Translations under genes and position numbers: made by a program | The notes under the pieces: model-generated | The model's input: the letters and a program-made list of their open reading frames with translations, nothing else | What the model was told of the DNA's origin: nothing | Database searches by the model: none | Part shown: in pieces, positions 1-12,260 of the stretch | Layout of the letters: every line of letters starts with the position of its first letter | Position numbering within the stretch: position 1 is the first letter of the stretch | Origin: the human T2T-CHM13v2.0 reference genome, Homo sapiens | Assembly: GCF_009914755.1 (NCBI RefSeq) | Contig: NC_060947.1 | Strand: one strand, 5' to 3' | Length of the DNA stretch: 64,000 nucleotides

Positions 1-52
1 CCAATCATCCCTACCACCTTCCTGGACTTCCGCCAAGCCCTGGCACGCTTAC

Positions 53-190
53 CAACTGGGGTTGTGATTATTTCAGTTTTGTTGCTCACTCCTGTAAAAT
101 CAAACTGGAAGAGCTTCCAGGAGTTCTTCTCATTGATTTCAAGCTTGAAATTTTCCCACTTGTAGATCATCTCATTCTCAGGATAGGAAA
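53..190 (-). CDS. GABRE: GABRE coding exon 6 (138 nt; FSYPENEMIYKWENFKLEINEKNSWKLFQFDFTGVSNKTEIITTPV)
   Basis: Minus strand reads cag|TTTCCTATCCTGAG...CCAGTTG|gtaagc. Phase 1 matches exon 5 and the translation matches the GABA-A epsilon extracellular domain. The gene continues left of the window. Confidence 0.97.
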
Positions 191-342
191 CTGGAAAGGA
201 ATGTGAGAAAGAGGGTCTTATGAGACTTGGAAGCCCACCTGAGGTCTCCAATAGCATGAAGTCAGCCTGCACAATGCCTTGGAGTCCTGTCTCTGGCCTC
301 ACCAGCTGTGGGACCTTGCCTCTCTTACCTCATTGTTGAAGT

Positions 343-1420
343 CCATTCAATGAGTGCGTTTACTGAGCATTCCTCAGTATCAGGCCCTAGGCCAGAAATA
401 CAGAGATGAGCAAGGCATGAACCCTACCCTCAAGCAATCACATTTAATTTTATAAGACAGTGAGTATACTACTGTGATTTTTGGAGGAGCTCTGAAAAAC
501 CTAAGTCCACAGAACAGCGGGGAAACAAAGTAGATAAAGGTCACTTGGGGACATACTCAGAAAAGACTTCATAAAGCAGGTGATATTCCCATTAAATCTT
601 GAAACTCAAGTAAATATTCTCAATAAGAATGAGGTTGAAGGGGTTAAGGGGCAGTATAGAAAGGTGAAACACCTGGTGTATTGTGGAAAGGACAAAAGTT
701 CAGGATGGCTAGCTCACAGAGGATGAGGTGCACAGGATTGGGTGGCAGGGTCCAGTTCATGAATGGCCTTGAGGTTCATTCTAAGGAATTTCAAATTGAT
801 CCATGAGAGTTAACGGCAGATTCGAGACTAAGAAGTGACCCAACCTAGGTGACCCTTCAGCTAGGTCACTCTGGTCCTTCTGTGAGGACAACATGTTGTC
901 AAGGAGGCCAGTGTAGTAATCCAGGCAGAATTAAATTAACGCAGGTGGAAGTCAAAGCTGTACAGGGTGCAGAGAAATAGACAGCATCGATAGAGACTGG
1001 GAGGAAACACCAACAGGATGTGCTGATTGATTAGATGCAGGAGGTGAGGGAGAGGGAACATCAAAGTTCTTGATTTGCGCAACTGGGTGAGTGATGGTCC
1101 TCTTCAATGAGACAGATGGGAACCCAGAAGCAACACACTTGTTTTGGTGGTAGAGGTTTGGAGGAGACAATGAATTTCATTTTGGACATGTGCAGTTTCA
1201 AAGTGAAGATGTGGCAAAAGTCCAGGTGGAAGATAACAAAGGCCTAAACCAAGGTAGTGCCAGTGGAGATGGAGAGGAGCAGACATACTTGAGATACGCT
1301 TCAGAGGCACGTGGAAGGGATGAGCAACACAGTATTGTTGGCAGGAAAGGAAATGAGGGTGGAGGATGGAAGTCCTGCACAACCTTGGCAGCATTTTAGA
1401 AGAAAAGCAGAGGCAGAAAA
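343..1420 (-). mobile_element. L2 LINE remnant (GABRE intron 5)
   Basis: Starts ccattcaatgagtgcgtttactgagc (reverse complement of the L2 3' end) followed by degenerate purine-rich L2 body; boundaries approximate. Confidence 0.6.
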
Positions 1421-1496
1421 ATGTAAATGGCAAGGATGAGAAAAAGAAGGAGCCCAGCATGTTTCTGGGGCCCCAGAAACTTAAGAAGGTACTCAC

Positions 1497-1579
1497 AGCT
1501 AGAGAAAGATAGAGGGCAAGAGTGAGAATCCATTGGAAATCTGAGCATGTGGAGTGAGCATCCGGCATCAATGGTCATC
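1497..1579 (-). CDS. GABRE: GABRE coding exon 5 (83 nt), encodes the Cys-loop [15 protein letters not shown]
   Basis: cag|GATGACCATTGAT...TCTAGCT|gtgagt. Contains the C-x13-C Cys-loop signature with FPMD; part of ORF 1396..1578. Confidence 0.98.
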
Positions 1580-1678
1580 CTGGAAGGGAGAAAGGAGCCT
1601 CATCAGGCTGGCCCTAAGCACTTCCGTATCCACCCAGCTTTGGTCTAGGGACTACCACCAATGAATGGCCAGAGTCAA

Positions 1679-1973
1679 TTTTTTTCTTTGTTTGTTTGAG
1701 ACAGAGTCTCACTCTGTCACCCAGGCTGGAGGGCAGTGGCGTGACGTCAGCTCACTGCAGCCTCTTGCCTCCCAGGCTCAAGCAATTCTCATGCCCTAGC
1801 CTCCCGAGTAGCTGGAATTAGTGCCAGCACACCCTGCTAATTTTTGCATTTTTAGTGGAGACAGGGTTTTCCCATGATGGCCAGGCTGGTCTCGAACTCC
1901 TGACCTCAAGTGATCTGCCTGCCTCAGCCTCACAAAGTGCTGGGATCACAGGCGTGAGCCACCGTGCCTGGAC
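1679..1973 (-). mobile_element. Alu (GABRE intron 4)
   Basis: T-rich tail, then tgagacagagtctcactctgtcacccaggctggag...gtgagccaccgtgcctgg; full dimer. Confidence 0.95.
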
Positions 1974-2021
1974 CTCGCTAGAATTTAAGACAAAAAGCTC
2001 AAAGGAGAGATAACAAGAGAG

Positions 2022-2074
2022 AAAACAAAACAAAACAAAACAAAACAAAACAAAACAAAACAAAACAAACAAAC
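2022..2074 (+). repeat. (CAAAA)n microsatellite
   Basis: About 9 perfect caaaa units followed by caaa units. Confidence 0.95.
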
Positions 2075-2641
2075 AGCTTAGAAGTATCTGGTTACTCTGG
2101 GCTCCATCATTAGAGAAACGTATGGAGCAACTTCGATCGGCTTTTGTTTTCTCGCCCAGCCTAGTTTCCAGGACCTGCCAACATCCTCCCTGCTATCCCC
2201 CACACACAACCTTCCCCTGCTGGGAATTCAAGTATCCAACTCGATCTTAGGTACCTTTGCCACTACCGTGCTGCTGCTCTGCCTGAACAATTCCACCACT
2301 GTGGACGTATCTTTGTATCGAGTGCCCACTTAGGATGGAATTGTCTAGATAATGCAGTCATACTGGCACATCCTAGTTGAGGGAGCTCTGGACTCGGAGC
2401 CAAGTAACTGAGTACCAGTTCCAGCTCTGCCACAAACTTGGTGTGTGGCTTTAAGCAATATCTTTCTATTTTGAGGCCTCTATATCTGTTACATAAGGGG
2501 GCTGAGCTCATGGTCTAGGAAAGCTGGACAGGCCCTTAGAGGTATCATTCAGGATGAGATCTCTGCCCATGGATCTTTAGCTAAAATTATCAGAAGGGGA
2601 GAGAGAATTCCAGGAAGTGAGACTCCAGAGGCTTGACATAC

Positions 2642-2862
2642 CTAATTGTGTACAACACCTTGCCATCCTTGTAGATGCGGACCATCTGGTTGGGCATGGT
2701 GATCTCATGCTCGTGGGTCCTCTTAGAATTCCTAAAAAAGGTGTCCGGGATCCATAGCTGGCTCACCACATTGCCATTCAGAACAAGAGACTCAAAGGTG
2801 TCGTTGTAACAGAGGCGTTCGTCGTACCAGGTCTGGGAGAAGATGATGTCAATGGTGTATTC
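2642..2862 (-). CDS. GABRE: GABRE coding exon 4 (221 nt; [17 protein letters not shown]...[12 protein letters not shown]...GKVLYTIR)
   Basis: cag|GAATAC...ACAATTAG|gtatgt. Has the WxPDTFF motif of Cys-loop receptors; within ORF 2590..2925. Confidence 0.98.
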
Positions 2863-5006
2863 CTGGTGGGAAGGACAGAAAAGCACATACTTGGGGATGA
2901 ACAGAAAAAGGACATTCACATGCAAACATATTGTTTGCCACTCCCTAACCTAGAATCCTAAAGGCAATGTGGTGGAATGCATTGAGCACTAGACCAGGAA
3001 GCAGGAGTCAGATGAGGTCCCTTCTCTCTGCTCAAAGACTCTTCCAATGTCAGAACTAGAAGGGAACTCAGAGGTTACCAAGCCTAGTGATCCCAAATGA
3101 GAAGTCAGTCATGCCCTGCTTGATTACCGTGAGCAAGGGGAGCTAGGTCCTCACATCATGCAGCAGTTAACACAATTCTCACACAACTCAGGACAATAGA
3201 AAAGTTTGCCTTAAACAAAGCTCCCTACTACTTTCTCTTAGAATCCCCACTGTGCTCTCAGGTAGCACATAGAGCAAGTCTAGTTTCGGTTCCAGAGGAG
3301 AGATCTCCAGAAATGATACGTCATTGAATCTGTCTTTTTCCCACATTTCTGAAGTCAGGGTGCACCTTACAATTGACACATATCTTTAATGGGGCATTTC
3401 TTATTCTTTCTTGACAGTGGCTTAAATTGGTTACGATCTTAAATCAGAGCCAACATTGAATCAAGGAAAGGCACTTGAAGACTGGAATCTTGCCCTCCTG
3501 AGTCTTTTCTCTAGGGTAGACATTCATGACTAAAAGTTTTCAGCTTCAACAACCCAACCACTTGTTTTACCAATAGATCTGCAAGGATTGCACAGTCAAC
3601 TGACAGTCTGCTCACAGGCGACTCTTTTCACCAAAGTGTGATAGTACTTGTTAGTACTTGGTCCATAGCACTACTACTCACTTTGTGCTGTGTTTATCCT
3701 ACAAGGTCAACCACACATTTTAAAATGATTCCACACTTTGGGAAAGTGTTGCCCAACAGAATGGCAAATGTGACTATGGTCCATGCAGATCTTACTGACA
3801 TGGAGCAAATTGAAAGACACTACTGGATAAAACTGAAATCTAGAGCACCTTCCTGGTCACACCATAGTCAAGACTACTGGATTAATGCAGCTGAATTAAG
3901 GAAGCCTATGATCACTAGGTATACATGATCAACATGAACACAACAATGGGATAGGTGAGATTTGGTGATCTTTAAAGGTACTGTTAGCTCTGACGTTATA
4001 GATTCTGAAGATTTTCATTAGCACATGTTTCAGGTTTGTGTGTCACCACAACTATCCAGTTGTTTTTATGTTTCCTTATAAGTGAGAATAAGAGAACATT
4101 TCACTTAGGCAAACGATAAGACAACATAGGACTTGATCACTAAAAATGACATGTCTGTACACTACGCCCACACGTGGAAATATAAACATGGAATTATGTC
4201 AAAATAAAAAAAGATTAGAAAATATCCAGAAGACACTGACTGACACTACAGAAAACTGAATGCGCCCTACAAATAAATGATTTCAAGGTAATGTGGAGGC
4301 AAGGAGAACTGTTAGACTCTAGTGACAATTAGTCTCACTTTTTTTTTTCTGTAGAATTGTTTCCATTTATAATCAAAGTCTTAAATAAATGTTCTTGTGA
4401 CCTTGGCTAAAACTCGTATCTTTCTCTGTTATCCTCTTTGTTAAATGGGAGACTATAAATAATTTGTAAGTGCCCTCCTCCTCAAAACAACTGCCCTGTT
4501 TCCAGAGCTGACATTGACACCCTCCCTTTACCAGTGGGCAAAGGTTCCATGCTATTCTGTGATGGGCTTATCAAGTAGATGGACCCTTTGGAATCCACTT
4601 AGGTTTGTACAGAGGAAGGTGGCATGAGTTTGGCTGTAGGAGTTTTCTATTTCCAGGTGTTCCAAAATAAAATATAATTCCCAACTAGATCACAGTCTCA
4701 GAGGATACATTTCATCTAGAAACAGACAGGCGATGGTGGCTTAATTCCATGGGCTGGGCTCTTCATCTTATTGCTCCTGTGTAGGCTGTGATGCTACTCC
4801 AGCCAGGTCAACACCCTCTCAGTCCCCACATTTCCATAGTAAATCAAAGATCCCAGCTCAAAATTGTTTTAAAAATTTACAAGCACACACACCATTGATT
4901 GCATACAGTGGAGTTTCCCCTTTCAGCTTTTATTTGGGGAGCACCAGTGTTAATTAACCCCAATCCTTCATTCTCCAGAATTATAATAAAAATGAAGTGT
5001 TTTGGA

Positions 5007-5370
<364 letters not shown>

Positions 5371-8067
5371 GGGGAGCTGGGGGGGAAAGGAGTGTTTTGA
5401 GTCACAAGAGAAACCTCTATTTAGTCTCATGTTTTTTAAACAAGGAGAATCTTTTTTTATTTTGCTTATTTTGTTTTTCCTTTCAAATAAGCACCTGTAA
5501 CCTCTGAATGTGTGTGTTCGTGTGCATAGATATATCCGTGATTATTTGGTCTCCAGATATTGTCTGTCCCATAAAATGTCTGTTAAACATCAACAATGAT
5601 ATTGAATAGGAAGAAGCTAGAAATGTGCACCACTGGTGGTGAAGAGAGAAAAAAACCCTACTGCAATAGAACTCCAAGCAGCTCGAACAGCAAGTACCAC
5701 AAGCAGGCCAAGGCAGAACTCTGAGTTATTTTAGAGATAAGGAAACTAAGGCTTTATGAGAAAGGGGGCTATCCAAAGTCACACAAATAGTCAATGGCAG
5801 CCTGGCCCTGGGATGGCTTTCACTTGCACCAACAATCTCTTTAGGTACCAAGGTTCAATTTTCTCTGCAGAATCCCTAGGTCTTTCCGCTGACTTCTTGT
5901 GCATCAAACAATGAATACCCACAACCATGGAGGCGGGCACAGCCCTCGGGGAAGAAATCAAGAAAATCCCTGATTGCCTTTGCTGGCCAGGACAAAAGAT
6001 TGTAAAAGCAGCCACCAAACTGCTGGGGGCCAGCCATGGAAGGGAAGACTGAGAATGTTCCCTGGAGTAGGCCAGAGAAGCAGACAGAAAAGAGCTGGCA
6101 GAGCCTGGCTCCCATTTGAATGAGAGCCTCTGACCCCGACCTGCCCCACCTGCCTCCACAAATGTCTTCCAAGTGTTTCTACTGTCCCAAGTGGCTGGCA
6201 GTCTAAACTTGGCCAGCAGAGCCTCCTTCATTCCCAGGCCTCGTGAACTGCTTGGTAGCCAGTGGGAAGCCTTGCCCTCTGCACTCACACTGTGTTTATG
6301 CTCTATGTTATGAAGTGTTTCAAATAAGCATTTAATTTCTATTCGACAACTGTAAGTTCATTACATATCAACCGATAACTAACAGTTCACTTTTTCCCCA
6401 GTTTGACAAAGGAGCTTGCGATGTACATCCCTTTTAGCTCAGCCGAAACTCTAGAAATTCAGTGTTTTGGAACTAGAATCAACTGCGATAATTACCACAG
6501 CAAGAAAAAGCGTTAGCAACTATCGATGCTATGATGGGCAGCGATTCCCAGATTGTTCATTGCCTTTTAATCTCAGACTGGGTGTTACACAACTGTGCAC
6601 TCAGGTTTCCTTCCCGGAGGACAAGGCCTGCTTTCTAAACAACATCTGACTGAAAGGTGTTGAAACTCCCCTCAAGCAACTACACCAACTATGTACCCAA
6701 TGCTGGGACTCACATTTCTGAGAAGTCTCAGCTTCCTCAAATGTAAAACAGGGATCCATATCCTAACGGCAGCTTTGGCTTCCATGCAGGCTGTCATGAG
6801 GATACAAGGAGACAAGAATGTACTGGGTACTGGTATGTTCTGTGACTATGTGGCAGAGACGTGTGTCCCCTCCTTACCAAGTACACCACAGAACAGGGAC
6901 CTCCCACAGCTTTAAAGAACTATTTGGAACCATGTAGAAGGCAAGGCATTTCAGGAAAATTTAACACCACATGTGAGGGTTTGGAATTTTCAAAAGACAC
7001 TTGGCTCAGGCTAAAGTGCCACCTTACTGGCCAAAGAAAATAAAGTTGCTGTCTCTTTTCTGAACCAGTCCTGTGTTCCATGCTAGGTTTGGTGACTGCT
7101 GGGTTATTAGACTATATCCTTCAAGCATTGTCAGGTGAGGCCACTGCTGGCAGCATGAATAGCCATGGAGCAAGGAGAGACAGCGCATTCAGCTACTGTG
7201 AGTGGGGCTACTGCTCTGCTACAAGGGCTCTTGTAGATAGAAATTGGCTTCCCAAACAGCAAGGAGATTTTAGTCACAAATTCTCCACTACTCTTCAGTT
7301 TTACAGGATGCTCTGTCTCACCCAGAAAGCAAACCGAAGCATCTTGGCGCCCCCTGCTCCATTTGTCAGTGTGTGGTTCTCTCCACTCCACCTAAGGAAA
7401 TTTAGCCACCACCAAATGGGTGGAGATTGACATGCTAGAAAAGAAGGGGCAAACCAGCTTGTGGAAATTAGACCGGTTACTTCCAAATCAGGTTGGCAGT
7501 GCCTTAGTCAGCCAAAGGAGCAGAGAACTAGAAGAAAGGAACAAATAAATAGCTATGCAAATTTCTGGGAGCCATGAGGTTACTGTGGACTGAGCACTAC
7601 ATTTGGCTTTTGGCATGCTGAAGAGGATAGGCAGAGACTGCTGTAGGAGGCTCTCTGCCCAGCTAGAATAGCATCGTGAGCCACTTTCCCCACTCCTACA
7701 CCAATGACCTGAAAGGGTCAACAGTGACAACAATGGTGGGACCACAAGCCCTCAACCTCTGGTTCTTGCACAGAACTTAGTGCTTCTTAGTTTATAAACA
7801 ATGCTAGCAAAATTAATTGCTAAATTCATACCCATTTTTAAAAGGTAAATTGCAAGACTAAAAGGAGACTACAATTCTCATAGTGGTAAACGCACTGGTA
7901 GCAGCAAAAAGTAAATCTGATTATCAAGGGAAGAGTCAAGAAAACCCCACCAATTTTAAAATGTAGACAGAAACTCAAAAACATCTATCTGCTCTCATGC
8001 TTCTGTTCTTGTTAGTTCTCAGCAACTCAATTCTAGGAGTTGCTCTAACAGAAGAACATCATGACCA

Positions 8068-8630
8068 TGTGTAGCCGGCAGACTCTTGAGATGTCCTCCA
8101 GTGCTCTTCACTTCCTGGTGTTTGTGCCCTTCTGTAATCCCTTGACAGGGATTACACTTGACTTGGGATGGACCTCATGATTTGCATCTGATGAGGAGAA
8201 TACCACAGAAGCAATGGGATGTCACTCCTAAAATTAGATTATAAAAAGTCCGTGATTTCCATCTTGAGCACCTTCTCTCATACTCTTCCTCACTCTGAAA
8301 GAAGCCAGCTACCATATTGTGAGCTACCCTGTGGATAGGTGCACATGGCAAGGATGGAGGGAGACCTCCAGACCACAGCCAGAGAGGACCAGAATCCTGC
8401 CAATCCTGTGAGTGGTCTTGGAAATGGATCCCCCCTCAGTTGAGCCTTCAGATGAGACTCCAGCCCCAGCTGACACCTTGATTACAGGCTTGTGAGAGAC
8501 CCTGAAACAGAGAACCCAGCTAAGCCATGCCTGGATTCCTGACCCACACGAACTGTGAGATAATGATTATTTGTTGTTTTAAGACACTATGTTTTGGGGA
8601 TAATTTGTTACATAGTAATGCATAGGTAGT
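8068..8630 (+). mobile_element. MaLR solo LTR (MLT1E/F-like)
   Basis: Internal cagttgagccttcagatgagactccagccccagctgacaccttgatt...tcctgacccacacgaactgtgagataat...tttgttacatag matches the recalled MLT1 consensus. Confidence 0.8.
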
Positions 8631-9887
8631 GTGCCTGAAGAATCAGGCAGCCAAAGCCTCATGGTTTGGGAGTGGGGAACCTTGCTTTTCCACTTAGCCT
8701 ATGCGAACACCTTGATTTTCCATGAAGGTTAACTTAGCATTGAGGGTCTATTTGCAAGGCCCATCTCAGAGCCAAGGCTCTAACTCACCCAGTCACATGG
8801 CACTTTTTGAGTACCTGTGAGTATGCCAAAATTTTGTTTGCCCCGGGCCAAGCCATGTCTGTGGCTGTGACGGAGTTGCTTACCAAAGCCTTCCTCAGTG
8901 TCAGGCTCTGCAGATGCAAGTGATTCTTGCAGAGCATCATTCATCACTCATTTGCTTAGCTAACATATATGGAGCCCTTGACATCAAGGAGTTCATGGAG
9001 AAGACAGCAAGGCCGACATACCACAGATAATTACAATGAAATGATGTAGGCAAGATCAGGTAAACACCTGTGATATAAGCTGGAAAGATGTAACTGCCGA
9101 AGAGAAGAATGTGGTATGAGAAAGAAAGGAGCAATTAACAGGTGTGGAGGTCAGGGGAGATGCCATGAATGAGATGCTGTCTGAGCTAGATACTGAAAAA
9201 GAAGGCAGCTGACAAGTAAGAAAGTGGAACAATGGCATACCAAATAGAAGATCACTTGAATGAAAGCTCAGAGGTACAAGGTGGTCTGGGAACACCAATA
9301 TTCTAGTGTGACCAAAGCACGTGGTCTCTAAAAGGGTGAAGAGGAATACAACCATGGAGGGCCTTCAACTGCATGTAGTAAGCAGTGCTGGGACTGCAGG
9401 AGGTGCATCACTTGGGAGGCCAACTTAGTAGGTGGAGTAGGTGTATTCTAGGTGGGAGATGATGAAAGCCAAATGGGGGCAGTGCTGACACTATGATGAT
9501 ACGAGTGGAAAAGGAAAGAAGGAAGTAGAGCAAAAATATAGAACAGTCTTAGAGCAAGAGCTAGTAACTTTAGACTTATGTCCATACAATAATTATCAGA
9601 AGAAAAGAGGCAGTCCATTGTGGTGTTTAACATTGCTTTATTATTTCTATTTTGAATGAAAAAACTGGAAGATATGGTCATGATTCTGAAGATCCTCTTC
9701 AAGTAGCAAGGGACTTACCTTTTCCAGTCTCATTCTCAAACCAGTGGTTAAAAAATCCCTTTCTCCCTCCAGAAAATAAATTATTGGAGTTGTTACAGAA
9801 GTACAGAGCAGAAAGCAGAAGTCTGTGGAAGGTCCCATAGGTCAGCCCCTGGGCTAGGAAATAGTACTAAAAAAGCTTAGTACTCAC

Positions 9888-9955
9888 CATGTCTAGGATA
9901 GAGAGAGGACCAAGGCTGTTGACGGAGATCTCAACAGTGACCACAGTGGGCTTCT
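9888..9955 (-). CDS. GABRE: GABRE coding exon 3 (68 nt; EKPTVVTVEISVNSLGPLSILDM)
   Basis: tatag|AGAAGCCC...GACATG|gtgagt. Phase 1 in and phase 0 out fit exons 2 and 4. Too short for the ORF track; read by hand. Confidence 0.96.
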
Positions 9956-10403
9956 CTATAAGGGAAGCAGAAGCAGCAGAGGGTAAGTGTCAAACAGGCG
10001 CATGGGACGGGGGAGGAAGTGGTCAGAGGGGATGAAAGGGGAGTCAAGTAAGTGTTGGACCACACAGTTTCAGCATCTAATCCTATTTCTTTATTTATTC
10101 TTTCATGGCAAAACCAAGCTCACGGACTGTTAAGAATTGGACACACATCTTGAAGATCAACAATCTAGTTTAGTCCTCTCATTTTACCACTGGAAAAACT
10201 GAGGGCGAGAGAAGGGAAAAGTCTTGATCAAGGTCAATGACACTGCTGAGAATAGAGTTAATATCTCTTACCTGACAGGTCAATAGCAGATGTTCCTGTC
10301 CATGAGCATGGCACCCTCTGTTACTGCCCAGGTGCATTCTCCATGCCTATGCCCTCAACCCCTGGACCCTCTAGGAGGGGAAGAACGTCGTTCTGCTCCT
10401 CAC

Positions 10404-10621
10404 CTCCAATGCCAGGGCGCAGTTTGTGGTCATAATTACTCAGGATAGTGTTCAGGATGCGAGAGGCTTCTGGCAGTTTGCCAACTCTGCTCCCAGTCTC
10501 AGTCTCAGTTGACTTTGTTTCCTCAGAGAGGAGCTGATTTTCCAGAGGCTGGGGCTGGGGGCCATAGACAACATCACGGGAAGAGGCTTCATTCTTTGAT
10601 TCAGTCTGAGGTCCCTCGACC
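10404..10621 (-). CDS. GABRE: GABRE coding exon 2 (218 nt; VEGPQTESKNEASS...ILNTILSNYDHKLRPGIG)
   Basis: ctag|GGTCGAG...ATTGGAG|gtgagg. Has the YD.KLRP motif typical of GABA-A subunits; within ORF 10321..10722. Confidence 0.98.
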
Positions 10622-11619
10622 CTAGAACATTCAAACGAAAAATGAAGCTCTGCCCTGCACTCTGTAGGGGCCCCAGCTAGTGCCTCTTGGGACAGAAGCA
10701 AACCAAAACAAGTTTTCAACACAAAACCTAGTTAAATTGTGACTGGTAATAGCAAATTATAAGACAGTGACAGATTAGGCTTGTGAATTTCTTTTAAACC
10801 TTGCTGCTCTTTGGGGACTTTCTATGCTGTCCCTCTTTTATGATCACTCTTTTATTTAAGAAAAAATCAACAAAACCAAGACCTAGATTTTAAAAGAATG
10901 TTACACGTGAAATGAAGAGGGCATTTATGTCTGAGCGCTGGCCCACTGTGACTAGCCTTGGCCTCTAGTCAGCCTGACCAGCACCAACCAGGAGTGAGGA
11001 GCAGGCAGAGGGCCAGGGCTGAGAGGAATGCTTGCGAAAGCCAGAGCGGCCTCTCCCAGAGAGGACCAGAAAATTGTGGGAATATTTTGCGGTTTTGTTG
11101 GTTGTGTAATACTCGTTGCACTGGGGGCAGGGGAAGGGGATGAAGGGAAGGAGGCTAAAGAGCAGCCTTTGTGGGTGTCTAAACAGGAAAGGCAGGAGTC
11201 CTCCACCCACAGACAGCCATCCAGGAACTGGCTGCCCAACAGGAGTCCACCCTGAGCTCCACAGCCATGCACCACAGCCAAGAAAAAGAAGAAGATTAGT
11301 AAGAATAATTGAATTAAACAAAAATGTTAAAGGCCATCTGCCAAGGTATGAAACTCACCGATGGTGTTAGAAGTCCGGATAGTGCTGCCTTTGCTGGGAG
11401 GCAGTGACAAAGGGGGCTTCTGAGGTCCTGCTCACATTCGGGTCCTTGATTTGGCTTTCTTTACACCGCTGTGGTCATATTCTGACAACTCATCAGCTGT
11501 ACACTTATGATTTGAGCACTTCTCTGTATACATGTTCTAATTCCATAAAAAGTGTTTTTAAAAATCAAAATGCCCCACTTGCTAATATCTGGATCTTATT
11601 TTATTTAAAAGCAAACTCT

Positions 11620-12048
11620 TGAAAAACAAACAGAAATCATTTATGACACAATAGGAGAGATTTGAACACTGAGTGGACAGTTGAGACATGAATAAATTAT
11701 TCTTTAATTTTTGGTGTAATTATGGTATTTTCTTATGTTTGTGAAATATTAATGACTAGAAATACATACTAAAACAATTACATATAAAATGATATGATGT
11801 CTGAGATATGCTTCAAGACAATCTAAGTTGGAATTGGAGGGTGGGTGGTGTAAAAGAAAATAAGAGTGGCCATGAGTTCACAAACAATGGGGGTGCACTG
11901 TTCCCCCTACCTTTATATGTCTTTAAAAAATTATAATTAAAAGTCTTTTTAAAAGCCATCGTCCCATATTAATCTGTGATACTGGAAGGCAGGAGAGTGG
12001 TTTCCTTTGGGGAGGAAAGTGTACGGGGACAGGCATTTTGGAGATGCA

Positions 12049-12121
<73 letters not shown>

Positions 12122-12260
12122 TGAGGGGGTTGCAATGCTGCATTTCCTGATCTAGGTGTTGGTTACACGGGCCTGTTTACTTGTGAAAAGCCACTGAGCT
12201 GTTCACTCATGATGTCTATGCTTTTCTACTGGCACGTCACACTTCCAAAAGGATTTTTTT
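11620..12260 (+). mobile_element. Old L1M 3'-end fragments (GABRE intron 1)
   Basis: gacacaataggagagatttgaacactgagtgg...gatatgatgtctgagatatgcttcaa and ctaggtgttggttacacgggc resemble L1MC/ME 3' UTR. Confidence 0.55.
12052..12122 (+). repeat. (TG)n microsatellite, ~35 units, one TC interruption
   Basis: Directly visible. Confidence 0.97.

Noticed and set aside
5791-6288. 165-aa minus-strand ORF in intron 3
   Set aside because: No recognisable homology, non-ATG start, and no splice sites I could tie to GABRE phases.
10622-10722. In-frame upstream extension of exon 2 (ORF 10321..10722)
   Set aside because: Starts at a non-ATG codon in intron 1. A canonical acceptor at 10622 and a phase-matched signal-peptide exon 1 explain the gene.
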